DNA of 64,000 nucleotides, taken from assembly GCA_947455205.1 (NCBI GenBank), contig CANGNF010000009.1:13659-77658 (forward strand), read 5' to 3'. The position numbers were made by a program, and so were the translations under genes. Below the pieces are notes generated by a model that was given only the letters and a program-made list of their open reading frames with translations, had not been told where the DNA came from and did no database searches. Numbering within the stretch: position 1 is the first letter of the stretch; each line of letters begins with the position of its first letter. Positions 38,653 to 48,142 of this stretch are shown one piece after another. This stretch comes from Acetobacteraceae bacterium. Lineage in GTDB: Bacteria > Pseudomonadota > Alphaproteobacteria > Acetobacterales > Acetobacteraceae.

Positions 38653-40229
38653 GCGACGCGGCGACCCGCGACTGGGACGCGCCGGCCTCCCCGGCCGCGG
38701 TGCGCCGGCGCTTCATCGGCTTCATGGCCATGGTCGTCGGCATGTTCATGGCGATCCTGGACATCCAGATCGTCAGCGCCTCGATCGCCGAGGTGCAGGC
38801 CGGCCTGGCTGCCGGGGCGGACGAGGCCAGCTGGGTGCAGACCAGCTACCTGATCGCCGAGATCGTGATGATCCCGCTCTCGGGCTTCCTGTCGCGCATG
38901 CTGTCCACCCGCGTGCTGTTCGTCATCTCCGCCGGTGGCTTCACCGTGTTCTCGCTGGCCTGCGCCATGGCCAGCAACCTGCAGGCCATGATCATCTTCC
39001 GGGCGTGCCAGGGCTTCCTGGGCGGGGCGATGATCCCGACCGTCTTCGCCAGCGCCTTCCTGATGTTCGCCGGGCAGCAGCGGCTGAAGATGAGCGTGCT
39101 GATCGGCCTGACCGCCACCATGGCGCCGACCATCGGCCCGACGCTTGGCGGCTGGCTGACCGAGGCGCTGTCCTGGCACTGGCTGTTCCTGATCAACGTG
39201 CCGATCGGCGCCGCCGTGGCGCTGACCGTGTGGCTCTGCATCGACATCGACAAGCCGGAGCCGGGGCTGTTCGCGCGGTTCGACTGGGTCGGGCTGGGGC
39301 TGCTGGCCGGCTTCCTCGGCGGGCTGGAATACGTCATGGAGGAAGGCCCGCGCTGGGAATGGTTGGCGGATGCCTCCATCCGCAACGGCGCCATCCTGTC
39401 AGCCGTGTGCTGCGTCGGCTTCTTCTGGCGCAGCCTGACCAGGGCCAACCCGCTGGTGGAGCTGCGTGCCTTCGGCAACCGCAACTTCGCCATCGGCAGC
39501 CTGTTCAGCTTCTGCGTCGGCATCGGCCTGTATGGCTCGGTCTACCTGGTGCCGCTCTTCCTCGGCCGGGTGCGCGGCTACAACTCGCTGCAGATCGGCG
39601 AGACCATGTTCATCACCGGCGCTGTCATGTTCGTGGTCTCCCCCGTCATCGCCCGCGTGGCGCAGAAGGTGGACCTGCGGCTGATGATGCTGGTGGGCTT
39701 CCTGACCATGGCGCTGGCGGTGTGGCTGACGGCCTCGCTGACCAACCTGTCCGGCTTCTGGGAAATGGCGCTGCCGCTGGGGCTGCGCGGCGCCGGCACC
39801 ATGTGCGCCATGCTGGCGGTCAACCAGGTGGCGCTGGGCACGCTGCCGCCCAGCATGCTGAAGGGCGCATCGGGCCTGTACAACCTGACGCGCAACCTGG
39901 GCGGCGCGGTGGCGCTGGCGGCGATCAACACGCTGGTGCAGGACCGCAGCTACCTGCACCGCGCACAGCTGAACGAGGCGGTCACCTGGGGCCGCACCGG
40001 CGCCACCCAGTTCATCGAGACGCTGACCCTGGCGCTGACGCCCCGCTTCCAGGGCGATGTGGACCTGGCGGCGCTGCGCCGCGTGGCGGCGATGGTGCAG
40101 CGGGAAGCGCTGGTGCTGGCGTACAACGATGTGCTGGTGCTGATGGCGCTGCTGTTCCTGCTGGTGGCGCCGCTGGCCTTCCTGGTGCGGCGGCCACGTA
40201 TCGCGCCGGGGGGCGGGGACGCGCACTGA
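38649..40229 (+). CDS. DHA2-family MFS drug efflux transporter (EmrB/QacA-like, 14-TMS type)
   Basis: This is the C-terminal 526 aa of track ORF 37275..40229, from ATG 38649 (ATGA overlap). Contains FMAILDIQIVSASI, WVQTSYLIAEIVMIPLSG and RACQGFLGGAMIP. Confidence 0.9.
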   Translation: MSDAATRDWDAPASPAAVRRRFIGFMAMVVGMFMAILDIQIVSASIAEVQAGLAAGADEASWVQTSYLIAEIVMIPLSGFLSRMLSTRVLFVISAGGFTVFSLACAMASNLQAMIIFRACQGFLGGAMIPTVFASAFLMFAGQQRLKMSVLIGLTATMAPTIGPTLGGWLTEALSWHWLFLINVPIGAAVALTVWLCIDIDKPEPGLFARFDWVGLGLLAGFLGGLEYVMEEGPRWEWLADASIRNGAILSAVCCVGFFWRSLTRANPLVELRAFGNRNFAIGSLFSFCVGIGLYGSVYLVPLFLGRVRGYNSLQIGETMFITGAVMFVVSPVIARVAQKVDLRLMMLVGFLTMALAVWLTASLTNLSGFWEMALPLGLRGAGTMCAMLAVNQVALGTLPPSMLKGASGLYNLTRNLGGAVALAAINTLVQDRSYLHRAQLNEAVTWGRTGATQFIETLTLALTPRFQGDVDLAALRRVAAMVQREALVLAYNDVLVLMALLFLLVAPLAFLVRRPRIAPGGGDAH

Positions 40230-40286
40230 CGCTGCCGCCCGGCATGTGGTTTGCTGGTTCCAACCAAACCGCGAAAGGCAGCGCCC

Positions 40287-41570
40287 ATGGAACCCTGGCA
40301 ACTCACCGCATCGGCCGCGACGCCGATGCTGCGCGACGGCACGCTGACGGCGGAAGCGCTGGTGCGCTCCTGCCTGGAACGCATCGCCGAGCGCGAGCCG
40401 GTGACCAAGGCCTGGAACTTCCTGGACCCGCAACTGGCGCTGGCCAGCGCGCGCGAGGCCGACAAGGCCTATACCCGCGGCGTGCTGCACGGCCTGCCGT
40501 TGGGCGTGAAGGACATGATCGACACGGCGGACATGCCGACCACGCACAACAGCCCGATCTACCAGGGCCTCCGCCAGGGCCGCGATGCCGCCTGCGTCGG
40601 CGTGGTGCGCGGCGAGGGTGCCGTGATCCTGGGCAAGACGGATACGGTGGAGTTCGCCGCCGGTGGCCGCCGCGCGCTGACCCGCAACCCGCATGACCCC
40701 ACGCGCACGCCGGGCGGTTCGTCCTCCGGCTCGGCCGCGGCGGTGGCGGATGGCATGGTGCCGCTGGCCTTCGGCACGCAGACCGGCGGCAGCCTCGTAC
40801 GCCCGGCCTCCTTCTGCGGCGTCTATGGCATGAAGCCGACGCATGGCGTGGTAAACAGCGAGGGCGCCAAGCGCTACTCCCACACGCTGGATACCATCGG
40901 CTGGTATGGCCGCTGCCCCGGCGACCTGCGGCTGGTGGCGCAAGCCTTCCGGCTGTTCGGGCTGGAGGTGCCGCTCGGCAAGACGCTCGGCCAGTTGCGC
41001 GTGGCGCTGTGCCGTGGGCCGAACTGGCACCTGGCCGGGCCTGAATCGCAGGAAGCGGTGCTGCTGGCCGGCCGCCGCCTGGCCGCCGCCGGCGTGGCGG
41101 TGGAGGAAGTGGACCTCCCCGCCGGCTTCGACGAGGTGACGGAAGCGCAGCGCGTGGTGCTGATGGCCGAGGGACGCGGCGCCTTCCTGCAGGAATACGT
41201 CAACGCCCACGCCCAGTTGCACCAGGACTTCCGCGACCGGGTCGAGAATGTGAGCGGCATCACCGCGCCGCAGCTGCGCGCCGCCTATGACCTGGCAGCC
41301 GATTGCCGCCGCCGCTTCGACGCGCTGTTCCCGGGCTACGACGCGGTGCTGTCGCCGGCCTCCACCGGGGAAGCGCCGGTGGGGCGGGAGGATACCGGCA
41401 ACCCCGTGTTCAACAGCATGTGGACGCTACTGCACGTGCCCTGCATCGCCATTCCCTGCACCAAGGGGCCGCACGGGCTGCCGGTGGGCGTGCAGATCAT
41501 CGGCCCGCGACTGGGCGATGCCGCGCTGCTGGACGTGGCCGCGCTGGTGGCGCCGGTGATCGACGCCTGA
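40287..41570 (+). CDS. Amidase-signature family amidase
   Basis: Trimmed to MEPWQLTASAATPMLRDGTLTAEALV. Contains GLPLGVKDMIDT and GGSSSGSAAAVA...GTQTGGSLVRPAS. Confidence 0.88.
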   Translation: MEPWQLTASAATPMLRDGTLTAEALVRSCLERIAEREPVTKAWNFLDPQLALASAREADKAYTRGVLHGLPLGVKDMIDTADMPTTHNSPIYQGLRQGRDAACVGVVRGEGAVILGKTDTVEFAAGGRRALTRNPHDPTRTPGGSSSGSAAAVADGMVPLAFGTQTGGSLVRPASFCGVYGMKPTHGVVNSEGAKRYSHTLDTIGWYGRCPGDLRLVAQAFRLFGLEVPLGKTLGQLRVALCRGPNWHLAGPESQEAVLLAGRRLAAAGVAVEEVDLPAGFDEVTEAQRVVLMAEGRGAFLQEYVNAHAQLHQDFRDRVENVSGITAPQLRAAYDLAADCRRRFDALFPGYDAVLSPASTGEAPVGREDTGNPVFNSMWTLLHVPCIAIPCTKGPHGLPVGVQIIGPRLGDAALLDVAALVAPVIDA

Positions 41571-41663
41571 GCGCAGCCTGATCCGCGACGGGCGCCACAC
41601 CGTAGCGGTGAATCAGCCTGTCAGCCGATGGACTGGGCTTGGTCCACCCGCGTGGATCATGCC

Positions 41664-42506
41664 TCAGCCCCGGTCGAGGAAGCCCTCGAACAGCGCCACG
41701 GTTTCCGCCAACGCCGTGGCGGAACCGCTGCCCGGTGTCAGCAGCGGCTCGGCGCCGGGCATCAGCGCCTGCACTTCATCGAAGTACTGCACCAGCATGT
41801 CGGTGCGGGCGCAGGCCAGCAGCGTCGGCACCGCCACCAGCGGCAGGCGCGGCGCCTTGTCGTAGCGAATGGCGGCGTTGTAGCTCAGGTGGTAACTGCG
41901 GATCGCCTTCAGCACCTCCACCGCCTTGTCGTGCAGGTCACCCGCGCTGGGCAGGCCGATGGCGCGCCGGTTGGGCGCGCCGCGCCGATACCATGGCCAG
42001 TACAGGAAGGCGTCGCGCACGAAGTGCCAGACCCAGTTGAACTGGCTGCCATTCTGGTCCAGCGGCACCGGCGGCGCGTAGTTGGCCAGCATGTCGGCGC
42101 GTTCCTCGGCGCTGTACAGCGAGACACCGTCCAGGATCAGCCGGCGCACGCGGTGTGGGGCGGCGATGGCCATCTCGCAGGCGATGTTGGCGCCGGTATG
42201 CGCGCCGTAGAGGTCGAACCGCTCGATCCCCAGGGCTGCCAGCGCGCGCAGATGCGCGTCGGCGAAATAGGCCATCTCCGGCGCCTCGCCCAGCGGTGGC
42301 GAGGAATCGCCATTGCCCAGCGTGTCCGTCGCCACCACGCGGCGCTGCCGGCCGAACAGCGCGATCATCGGCTCCAGCATTTTCGCCGAACCGGGGGAGG
42401 CATGCAGCATGACCAGCGCCACGCCGCCATGTCGCGCGCCGGCGTGGCGGTAATGCACCTGGCCTTCCGCCACCTCGGCGAAGCCGCGCAGGACCGGCTC
42501 ACTCAA
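41664..42506 (-). CDS. Alpha/beta-fold hydrolase
   Basis: 280 aa. Contains VMLHASPGS (HG-like oxyanion region) and the nucleophile elbow YGAHTGANIA. Confidence 0.75.
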   Translation of the reverse strand: MSEPVLRGFAEVAEGQVHYRHAGARHGGVALVMLHASPGSAKMLEPMIALFGRQRRVVATDTLGNGDSSPPLGEAPEMAYFADAHLRALAALGIERFDLYGAHTGANIACEMAIAAPHRVRRLILDGVSLYSAEERADMLANYAPPVPLDQNGSQFNWVWHFVRDAFLYWPWYRRGAPNRRAIGLPSAGDLHDKAVEVLKAIRSYHLSYNAAIRYDKAPRLPLVAVPTLLACARTDMLVQYFDEVQALMPGAEPLLTPGSGSATALAETVALFEGFLDRG

Positions 42507-43470
42507 CGCGAATGCCCGTGGCCTGGGCCAGCGCCCGCCAGCGCGCTAGGTCCTCATGGATCTTCGCGGCATATTGCGCGGGCGTGGTGCCCTCAGGGTC
42601 CAGCCCGTTGTCGATGAAGACGCGGCTGACCTCCGGCCGCTTCAGCGCCTCGGTGAACTCGTGGTGGAAGCGGTCCACCAGCCAGCGCGGCGTGCCCGCC
42701 GGCAGCATGATGCCGTACCAGGAATTCACCTCGAAGCCCGGATGGCTCTCCGCCACCGCCGGCAGGTTGGGCAGGCGCCCGCTGCGCTTCAGCGTGGAAA
42801 CTGCCAGCGGCTTCAGCCGCCCGGCCTCCACATGCGCCATGACCGCGCCGATGTTGAAGAAGCCGAAGTCGATGCGCCCGGCCATCATGTCCGTGATCGG
42901 CTGCGTGCTGCCGGTATAGGGCACGTGCAGCAGCGTGGCGCCGGACATGCGCGCCAGCATCTCCCCAGCCAGATGCGTGGTGCTGGCCGGCCCGACCGAG
43001 CCATAGCTGAGCGGTTGCGCCGCCGCCTTGGCCTTCGCCACCAGCCCCGGCACGTCATCCGCGCCTAAGTCGGTGCGCGTCACCAGCACCAGCGGCGAGG
43101 AGACCAGCTGCGTCACCGGCAGCAGGTCCTTTTCCGGGTCGTAGGGAATGTTGGACTGGAAGCAGGGCGCGATCGTCATCGGACCGGCATGGCTGAACAG
43201 CACGCTGTAGCCATCCGGCGCCGCGCGCGCGGCCATGCCCGTGGCGATGGTGCCATTGGCGCCCGGCCGGTTCTCCATCACCATCGGCTTGCCCAGCGTC
43301 TCGCTGAGCCGCTGGATCAAGGGCCGCGCCACCAGGTCGGCCGGGCCGCCTGGCGGCCAGGGGTTGATCAGGCGCACCGGCCGGTCCGGCCAGCCCTGCT
43401 GCGCCCGGGCCAGGCCGGGCAGCAGCAGCGGCGCGGCCAACAGCGCGCGTCGGGTTGGCGTGGCGGTCAC
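42499..43470 (-). CDS. Bug-family (TctC) substrate-binding protein
   Basis: Track ORF 42499..43665 trimmed to GTG 43470 (GGGGA upstream). Begins VTATPTRRALLAAPLLLPGLARAQ. Contains WPDRPVRLINPWPPGGPAD. Confidence 0.85.
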   Translation of the reverse strand: MTATPTRRALLAAPLLLPGLARAQQGWPDRPVRLINPWPPGGPADLVARPLIQRLSETLGKPMVMENRPGANGTIATGMAARAAPDGYSVLFSHAGPMTIAPCFQSNIPYDPEKDLLPVTQLVSSPLVLVTRTDLGADDVPGLVAKAKAAAQPLSYGSVGPASTTHLAGEMLARMSGATLLHVPYTGSTQPITDMMAGRIDFGFFNIGAVMAHVEAGRLKPLAVSTLKRSGRLPNLPAVAESHPGFEVNSWYGIMLPAGTPRWLVDRFHHEFTEALKRPEVSRVFIDNGLDPEGTTPAQYAAKIHEDLARWRALAQATGIRVE

Positions 43471-43484
43471 GGCGCTTTTCCCCT

Positions 43485-45062
43485 TCAAGCCTGCTTCACG
43501 TTCCAGAACACCGGCAGCCCCGGGATGCGCCCGGTCAGCGACTTCTTGATCGCGGTCTTCGACGTATAGGCGCCGAGCGGAATGAAGATGACTTCCTCCA
43601 GCGCCACGCGCTGCATCTCGGCGGCGATGCGGTGCTCGGCGGCTTCGTCCGGCGCCTGGAACCACTCCTCGCGCAGCGCTTCCAGCCGTGGCGAGGTCGG
43701 CCAGCCATTGGCGCCGGCCAGGCCGTTGCCGCGCAGCACCAGGTGGGCGCCGGGGTCAATGAACTCCAGGCCGGGGAAGAAGGTGCAGTAGGCGGACCAG
43801 CCGCCCTTATCCAGCGGCTCCCGGTTGGCGGTGCGGCCCAGCAGCGTGCCCCAGTCGGTGGCGACGAAATCCAGGTTCATGCCCAGGCGGCGGAACAGGT
43901 CGGCGCCCACCTGCGCCAGCGCCGCCTGCGCCGGCACGTCCATGGCGCCCAGCAGCCGCACCGGGGCATCGGTGTAGCCGGCTTCCCGCAGCATGCGCTT
44001 GGCCAGGTCCAGGTTGCGCGGGCCCAGCCAGGGATCCAGCCCGGCGCGGGACGCATAGGGCGAGCCGGGCGTATAGACGCCGAGGTCGGCGTTGTAGCGG
44101 GTGGGTTCGGGCCCCACCAGCGCGGCCATGAAATCCGCCTGGTTCACCGCCGGCAGCAGGGCGCGGCGCACCCTGATATCGCTGATCGGTGCATGCAGTT
44201 GGTTCAGCCGCATCAGCGCCGGGCGCGGCAGCGTCTCCGCAGCTTCCACGGAGATCGCGCGGTTGCGCGCCAGCAGCCCTTCCAACTCGGTCGGCGGTGC
44301 CTCGAACCAATCCACCTCGCCGGCCAGCAGCGCGTTGGCGGCGGTCTGCGCGTCCGGGATGATGTGCCATTCCACGCGGTCGAAATGCGCGACCTTGGGG
44401 CCCGCCACCAGGCTGGGGGTGCCGCTGGCCACAGGCACATAGCCGGCGAAGCGCTCATAGGCCATGCGGCTGCCGGGGTTGTACTCGCCGGGCAGGAAGC
44501 GGAACGGGCCGGAGCCCACGGCCTCCCGCACCTGCTGGAACGGGTCCGTCTTCGCCAGGCGTTCCGGCATGATGAAGGGCACGGGTACCGAGACCTGGCC
44601 CAGCGCGCGGATCAGCTGCGGAAAGCGACGCTTGAGGCGGAAGCGCAGGCGCTTGTCGTCCAGCGCCACCAGTTCCTCGGTCAACTCGGCCAGCTTCTGG
44701 CCCACCGAGGCGCGACGCATCCAGCGTTGCAGGCTGGCCACCGCGTCCTGGGCGCGCACCTTCTCGCCGTCATGGAACAGCAGGCCGTCGCGCAGCGTGA
44801 TGGTGCAGACGCGCTCGTCATTCTCGAACACATGCCCCGCCGCCATCTGCGGCTGCGGGCGATAGCGGTCGTCCACGCCATACAGCGTGTCCCACACCAT
44901 GTAGCCGTGGTTGCGGACAATCGCCGCCGGCGTCCAGATCGGGTCCAGGCTGATCAGGTTGCTGTGCGGGATCACCTTCAGCACGCGGGCCGGCTGCGCC
45001 TGGGCGCGCGGCGCAGCCAGCGCGGCGGCAGCGGTGGCAAGGGCGGTGCGGCGGGTCAGCAT
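43485..45062 (-). CDS. ABC-type substrate-binding protein, family 5 (orphan: no adjacent permease or ATPase)
   Basis: Trimmed to MLTRRTALATAAAALAAPRAQAQ (GAGGAGG upstream). Contains LISLDPIWT...VWDTLYGVD...PQMAAGHVFENDERVCTITLR. Confidence 0.85.
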   Translation of the reverse strand: MLTRRTALATAAAALAAPRAQAQPARVLKVIPHSNLISLDPIWTPAAIVRNHGYMVWDTLYGVDDRYRPQPQMAAGHVFENDERVCTITLRDGLLFHDGEKVRAQDAVASLQRWMRRASVGQKLAELTEELVALDDKRLRFRLKRRFPQLIRALGQVSVPVPFIMPERLAKTDPFQQVREAVGSGPFRFLPGEYNPGSRMAYERFAGYVPVASGTPSLVAGPKVAHFDRVEWHIIPDAQTAANALLAGEVDWFEAPPTELEGLLARNRAISVEAAETLPRPALMRLNQLHAPISDIRVRRALLPAVNQADFMAALVGPEPTRYNADLGVYTPGSPYASRAGLDPWLGPRNLDLAKRMLREAGYTDAPVRLLGAMDVPAQAALAQVGADLFRRLGMNLDFVATDWGTLLGRTANREPLDKGGWSAYCTFFPGLEFIDPGAHLVLRGNGLAGANGWPTSPRLEALREEWFQAPDEAAEHRIAAEMQRVALEEVIFIPLGAYTSKTAIKKSLTGRIPGLPVFWNVKQA

Positions 45063-45073
45063 CGGCGGCCTCC

Positions 45074-45913
45074 TCAGCTTGCCACGCGGGCGGCGATGGC
45101 GTCCGCCATGGCGACGCATTGCGCTTCCAGGCTGCGCTGACCCATCTCCAGGTTGGCGGCGGCGGGGTCGCCGAGGTAGCCCAGCGGCGTCTTGCGCCTG
45201 GCATGCTCCAGCCCGCGGCGCCACTCCATCAGGTCCTCCAGCACGAAGTTGGTCGGCTGCAGGCTGGGCAGCACCGGCTGCCGCACCAGGGGCGCGTGCG
45301 TCGCCAGCATGGCGGAGGTCTCGAACTCGCCGGCGTGGACATCCATGTACGGCCTGGGCGGGCCGATCGGCGCCGGCTGGAACGGCGTCACCAAGGCATC
45401 ATCGGCCGCGAAGCCCAGCCGCTTCACCATGCCCATGTCGGCCAGGAAGCTGGCGCGGATCGGCCGGCCGGCGCTGCCGCGGCGGATGCCCTCATGGATC
45501 GTGCGGTTATGCTCGGCATCGCCATGGCCGGTGACGCAGAACAGGTGTTGGAAGCCGTCGTCGGAAATGCTGCCGATCACGTCGCTCATCAGCTCCGCCA
45601 TCACCTCCGGCCGCACGCGGGGCGAGGCCGGGAAGGCGCCGGAGACGTGGTTCACGCCCCAGTAGTAGGGCGGCACGACGATGGCGGTGATGCCACGTTC
45701 CGCCAGCAGCGCGCGGGTGCGCCGCAGCTTGGCCGCGGGCAGGTAGATGTCGGTGCCGGTGGGCAGGTGCGGACCATGCTGCTCGATGACGCCGAAGGCC
45801 CAGAGCGCGACGGCGCCGGCCTTGGCGGCGCTGGCCACCTCGTCGGCGGTCATTTCCGCCATGGTGCCCGCCAGGATGGAGATGCCGCCATCCGGTCCCG
45901 AAATGCCGCTCAT
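45074..45913 (-). CDS. Creatininase-family amidohydrolase
   Basis: 279 aa. Contains FGVIEQHGPHLPTGTD, CVTGHGDAEHN and VHAGEFETS, the creatininase-type metal ligands. Confidence 0.8.
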   Translation of the reverse strand: MSGISGPDGGISILAGTMAEMTADEVASAAKAGAVALWAFGVIEQHGPHLPTGTDIYLPAAKLRRTRALLAERGITAIVVPPYYWGVNHVSGAFPASPRVRPEVMAELMSDVIGSISDDGFQHLFCVTGHGDAEHNRTIHEGIRRGSAGRPIRASFLADMGMVKRLGFAADDALVTPFQPAPIGPPRPYMDVHAGEFETSAMLATHAPLVRQPVLPSLQPTNFVLEDLMEWRRGLEHARRKTPLGYLGDPAAANLEMGQRSLEAQCVAMADAIAARVAS

Positions 45914-46054
45914 GCCAAGGCTCCCGCTGCGGCAACATCGGAGGACGCGGCCGGCACAGTGTCAATGGGCGCTTGCGTGGCCAGGTGCCGTGACGCCGCC
46001 TTGCGCGGCTGCGCGTCGCGGCGGAAGATCGCCGCCGGGGCCAGGAGGGCGTGC

Positions 46055-46936
46055 ATGACGGCGGCGGTGGACCATTCGATCTGGAGCTTCTGCTTCGCCA
46101 AGGGCACGCTGCCGCGCGACTTCACGCAGGGGTCGCCGGTGGCGAGCAATGCCGGCACGCACGAGATCCCGATGATGATCTCGGCGATCGTTCCGGCCGG
46201 GCCGCAGCGCCGCGTCTTCCTGGTGGATACCGGTTTCGCCGGCGGTGATTCGATGACCGGCCGCCGCTTCGCCGATGTCGAGACGCCCCAGGAGATCCTG
46301 GCCAAGGTCGGCCTGGCGCCGGAGGATGTGGACACCATCCTGCTGACCCACCTGCACTTCGACCACGCCGGCAACCTGGACGCCTTCCCGCGCGCCGAGA
46401 TCATCCTGCAACGCAGCGAATACGAGTCCTGGCGCACCGCGCTGGCAGCGCTGCCGGATACCTCGGCGGGCAAGTCCTCCTGGGCGTTGTCCTCGCTCAA
46501 CCTCGACGACATCGCCACCTTCGAGCGCGCCATCGCCGCCGGCCGCGTCCGATTCGTGGAGGGCGATACGGAAGTGGCGCCCGGCATCACGCTGCGGCTG
46601 GAGGCCGAGAGCCACACCTTCGGCTCGCAATGGGTCGAAGTGGCGACGCCCGACGGCGCCTTCATCCTGGCCGGCGACGTGCTGGCCAGCTACCCGAACA
46701 TCGAGCGCATGTGGCCGCCCGGCTACCACCAGGGCAATGGCTGGAACCTGCTGCGCGGCTACAACCGCCTGCGCGCCACGGTAGGGGAGGACAAGCTGCA
46801 CCGGATCGTCCCCGGCCACGACATGCAGGTGTTCAGCCGCAACCCCAGCTGGGTCGCCGGCCGCAACCCGGTGGCCGAAATGCATGTGGCGCAGGGCGCC
46901 CGATCCTTCATTCCCTCGGCAGGAGCTTCCGCATGA
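46055..46936 (+). CDS. MBL-fold metallo-hydrolase (N-acyl-homoserine-lactonase-like)
   Basis: Track ORF 45119..46936 trimmed to ATG 46055 (AGGAGG 7 nt upstream). The HxHxDH motif appears as LLTHLHFDHAGN. Confidence 0.8.
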   Translation: MTAAVDHSIWSFCFAKGTLPRDFTQGSPVASNAGTHEIPMMISAIVPAGPQRRVFLVDTGFAGGDSMTGRRFADVETPQEILAKVGLAPEDVDTILLTHLHFDHAGNLDAFPRAEIILQRSEYESWRTALAALPDTSAGKSSWALSSLNLDDIATFERAIAAGRVRFVEGDTEVAPGITLRLEAESHTFGSQWVEVATPDGAFILAGDVLASYPNIERMWPPGYHQGNGWNLLRGYNRLRATVGEDKLHRIVPGHDMQVFSRNPSWVAGRNPVAEMHVAQGARSFIPSAGASA

Positions 46937-48132
46937 GCAACCTCACCAGGCGTACCCTGCTGGGCGCCAGCCTCGCTGCCCCGGCACTGGCCCGCGCGCA
47001 GTCGGGTCCGATCAAGATCGGCGACATCAACAGCTATACCGGCCAGGCTGCCTTCACCACGCCGTATCGCCACGGGCTGCAGCTGGCGCTGGCCGAGATC
47101 AACGCCGGCGGCGGTGTGCTGGGCCGGCCGCTGGAGCTGCTGCTGCGCGATGATGGCGGCAAGCCGGACGACGCGGTGCGCCACGCGGCCGAGTTGCATT
47201 CGTCGGAGAAGGTGGTGGCGCTGACCGGCACCTTCGCCTCCAACATCGGGCTCGCCGTGGGCGATTTCGCCAAGCGCAACAAGCTGCCCTTCCTGGCCGC
47301 CGAGGCGCTGTCGGACGCGCTGACCTGGCGCCAAGGCAACCGCTACACCTTCCGCACCCGCACCAGCACCTACATGCAGGCGGCGATGCTGGCGGAACAG
47401 GCGGCCAAGCTGCCGGCCAAGCGCTGGGCCGTGGTGGCGCCGAATTACGAGTTCGGCCTCTCCGCCACCGAGAGCTTCAAGAAACTGCTGAGCGCGGCGC
47501 GGCCGGATGTGGAATGGGTGGGCGAGCAGTTCCCCGCCTTCATGCGGCTGGAAGGCGGGCCGGTGGCGCAGGCGCTGCTGGCGCTGCGGCCGGACGCCAT
47601 GTTCAACGCCACCTTCGGGCCCGACCTGGCCCGCCTGGTGCGCGCCGGCAACGACATCGGCCTGTTCGAGCGCCGCAGCGTGTGCAGCGTGCTGACCGGG
47701 CAGCCGGAGTTCCTCGATCCGCTGGGCGACGAGGCTCCGGCCGGCTGGATCGTCACCGGCTATCCGTGGGAGCAGATCACCACGCCGGCGCACCAGGCTT
47801 TTGTCAGCGCGTATCGCGCGGCGGCGAAGGATACGCCGCGCGCGGGGTCGCTTAGCGGCTATGTCACGCTGCACGCCGTGGCGGCCGCGCTGAAGAAGGC
47901 CGGCGGCACCGGCGCCGAACAGTTCGTCGGTGCGCTGGAAGGCATGACCCTGCCAACGCCGCTGGGCCAGATCACCTTCCGCGCCAGCGACCACCAATCC
48001 ACGCTGGGCATGTATGTCGGCAAGATCGCGCTGCGCGGTGGCAAGGGCGTCATGGTGGATGCGACCTATGCCGATGGCGTGCGCTACCTGCCCAGCGACG
48101 CCGAGGTCCGCGCGATGCGGCCGCAGGATTGA
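46933..48132 (+). CDS. ABC substrate-binding protein, LivK/branched-chain-amino-acid type (orphan)
   Basis: Trimmed to ATG 46933 (ATGA overlap). Signal is MSNLTRRTLLGASLAAPALARAQ. Contains IKIGDINSYTGQAA...LALAEINAGGGVLGRPLELLLRDDG. Confidence 0.85.
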   Translation: MSNLTRRTLLGASLAAPALARAQSGPIKIGDINSYTGQAAFTTPYRHGLQLALAEINAGGGVLGRPLELLLRDDGGKPDDAVRHAAELHSSEKVVALTGTFASNIGLAVGDFAKRNKLPFLAAEALSDALTWRQGNRYTFRTRTSTYMQAAMLAEQAAKLPAKRWAVVAPNYEFGLSATESFKKLLSAARPDVEWVGEQFPAFMRLEGGPVAQALLALRPDAMFNATFGPDLARLVRAGNDIGLFERRSVCSVLTGQPEFLDPLGDEAPAGWIVTGYPWEQITTPAHQAFVSAYRAAAKDTPRAGSLSGYVTLHAVAAALKKAGGTGAEQFVGALEGMTLPTPLGQITFRASDHQSTLGMYVGKIALRGGKGVMVDATYADGVRYLPSDAEVRAMRPQD

Positions 48133-48142
48133 GGAGGACAGC

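Noticed and set aside
37275-40229. The 984-aa ORF as a giant fusion protein spanning the HlyD gene and the MFS gene. Similar N-terminal extensions occur in ORFs 45119..46936, 26595..28559, 13434..15035, 11299..13770, 50493..52508, 53302..54984, 54620..56191 and 58269..59411.
   Set aside because: - The upstream parts are Pro/Arg/Gly-rich and overlap real genes in another frame or strand.
- A canonical start lies exactly at the upstream gene's stop.
- From that start the sequence matches the family N-terminus.

I trimmed these ORFs accordingly.
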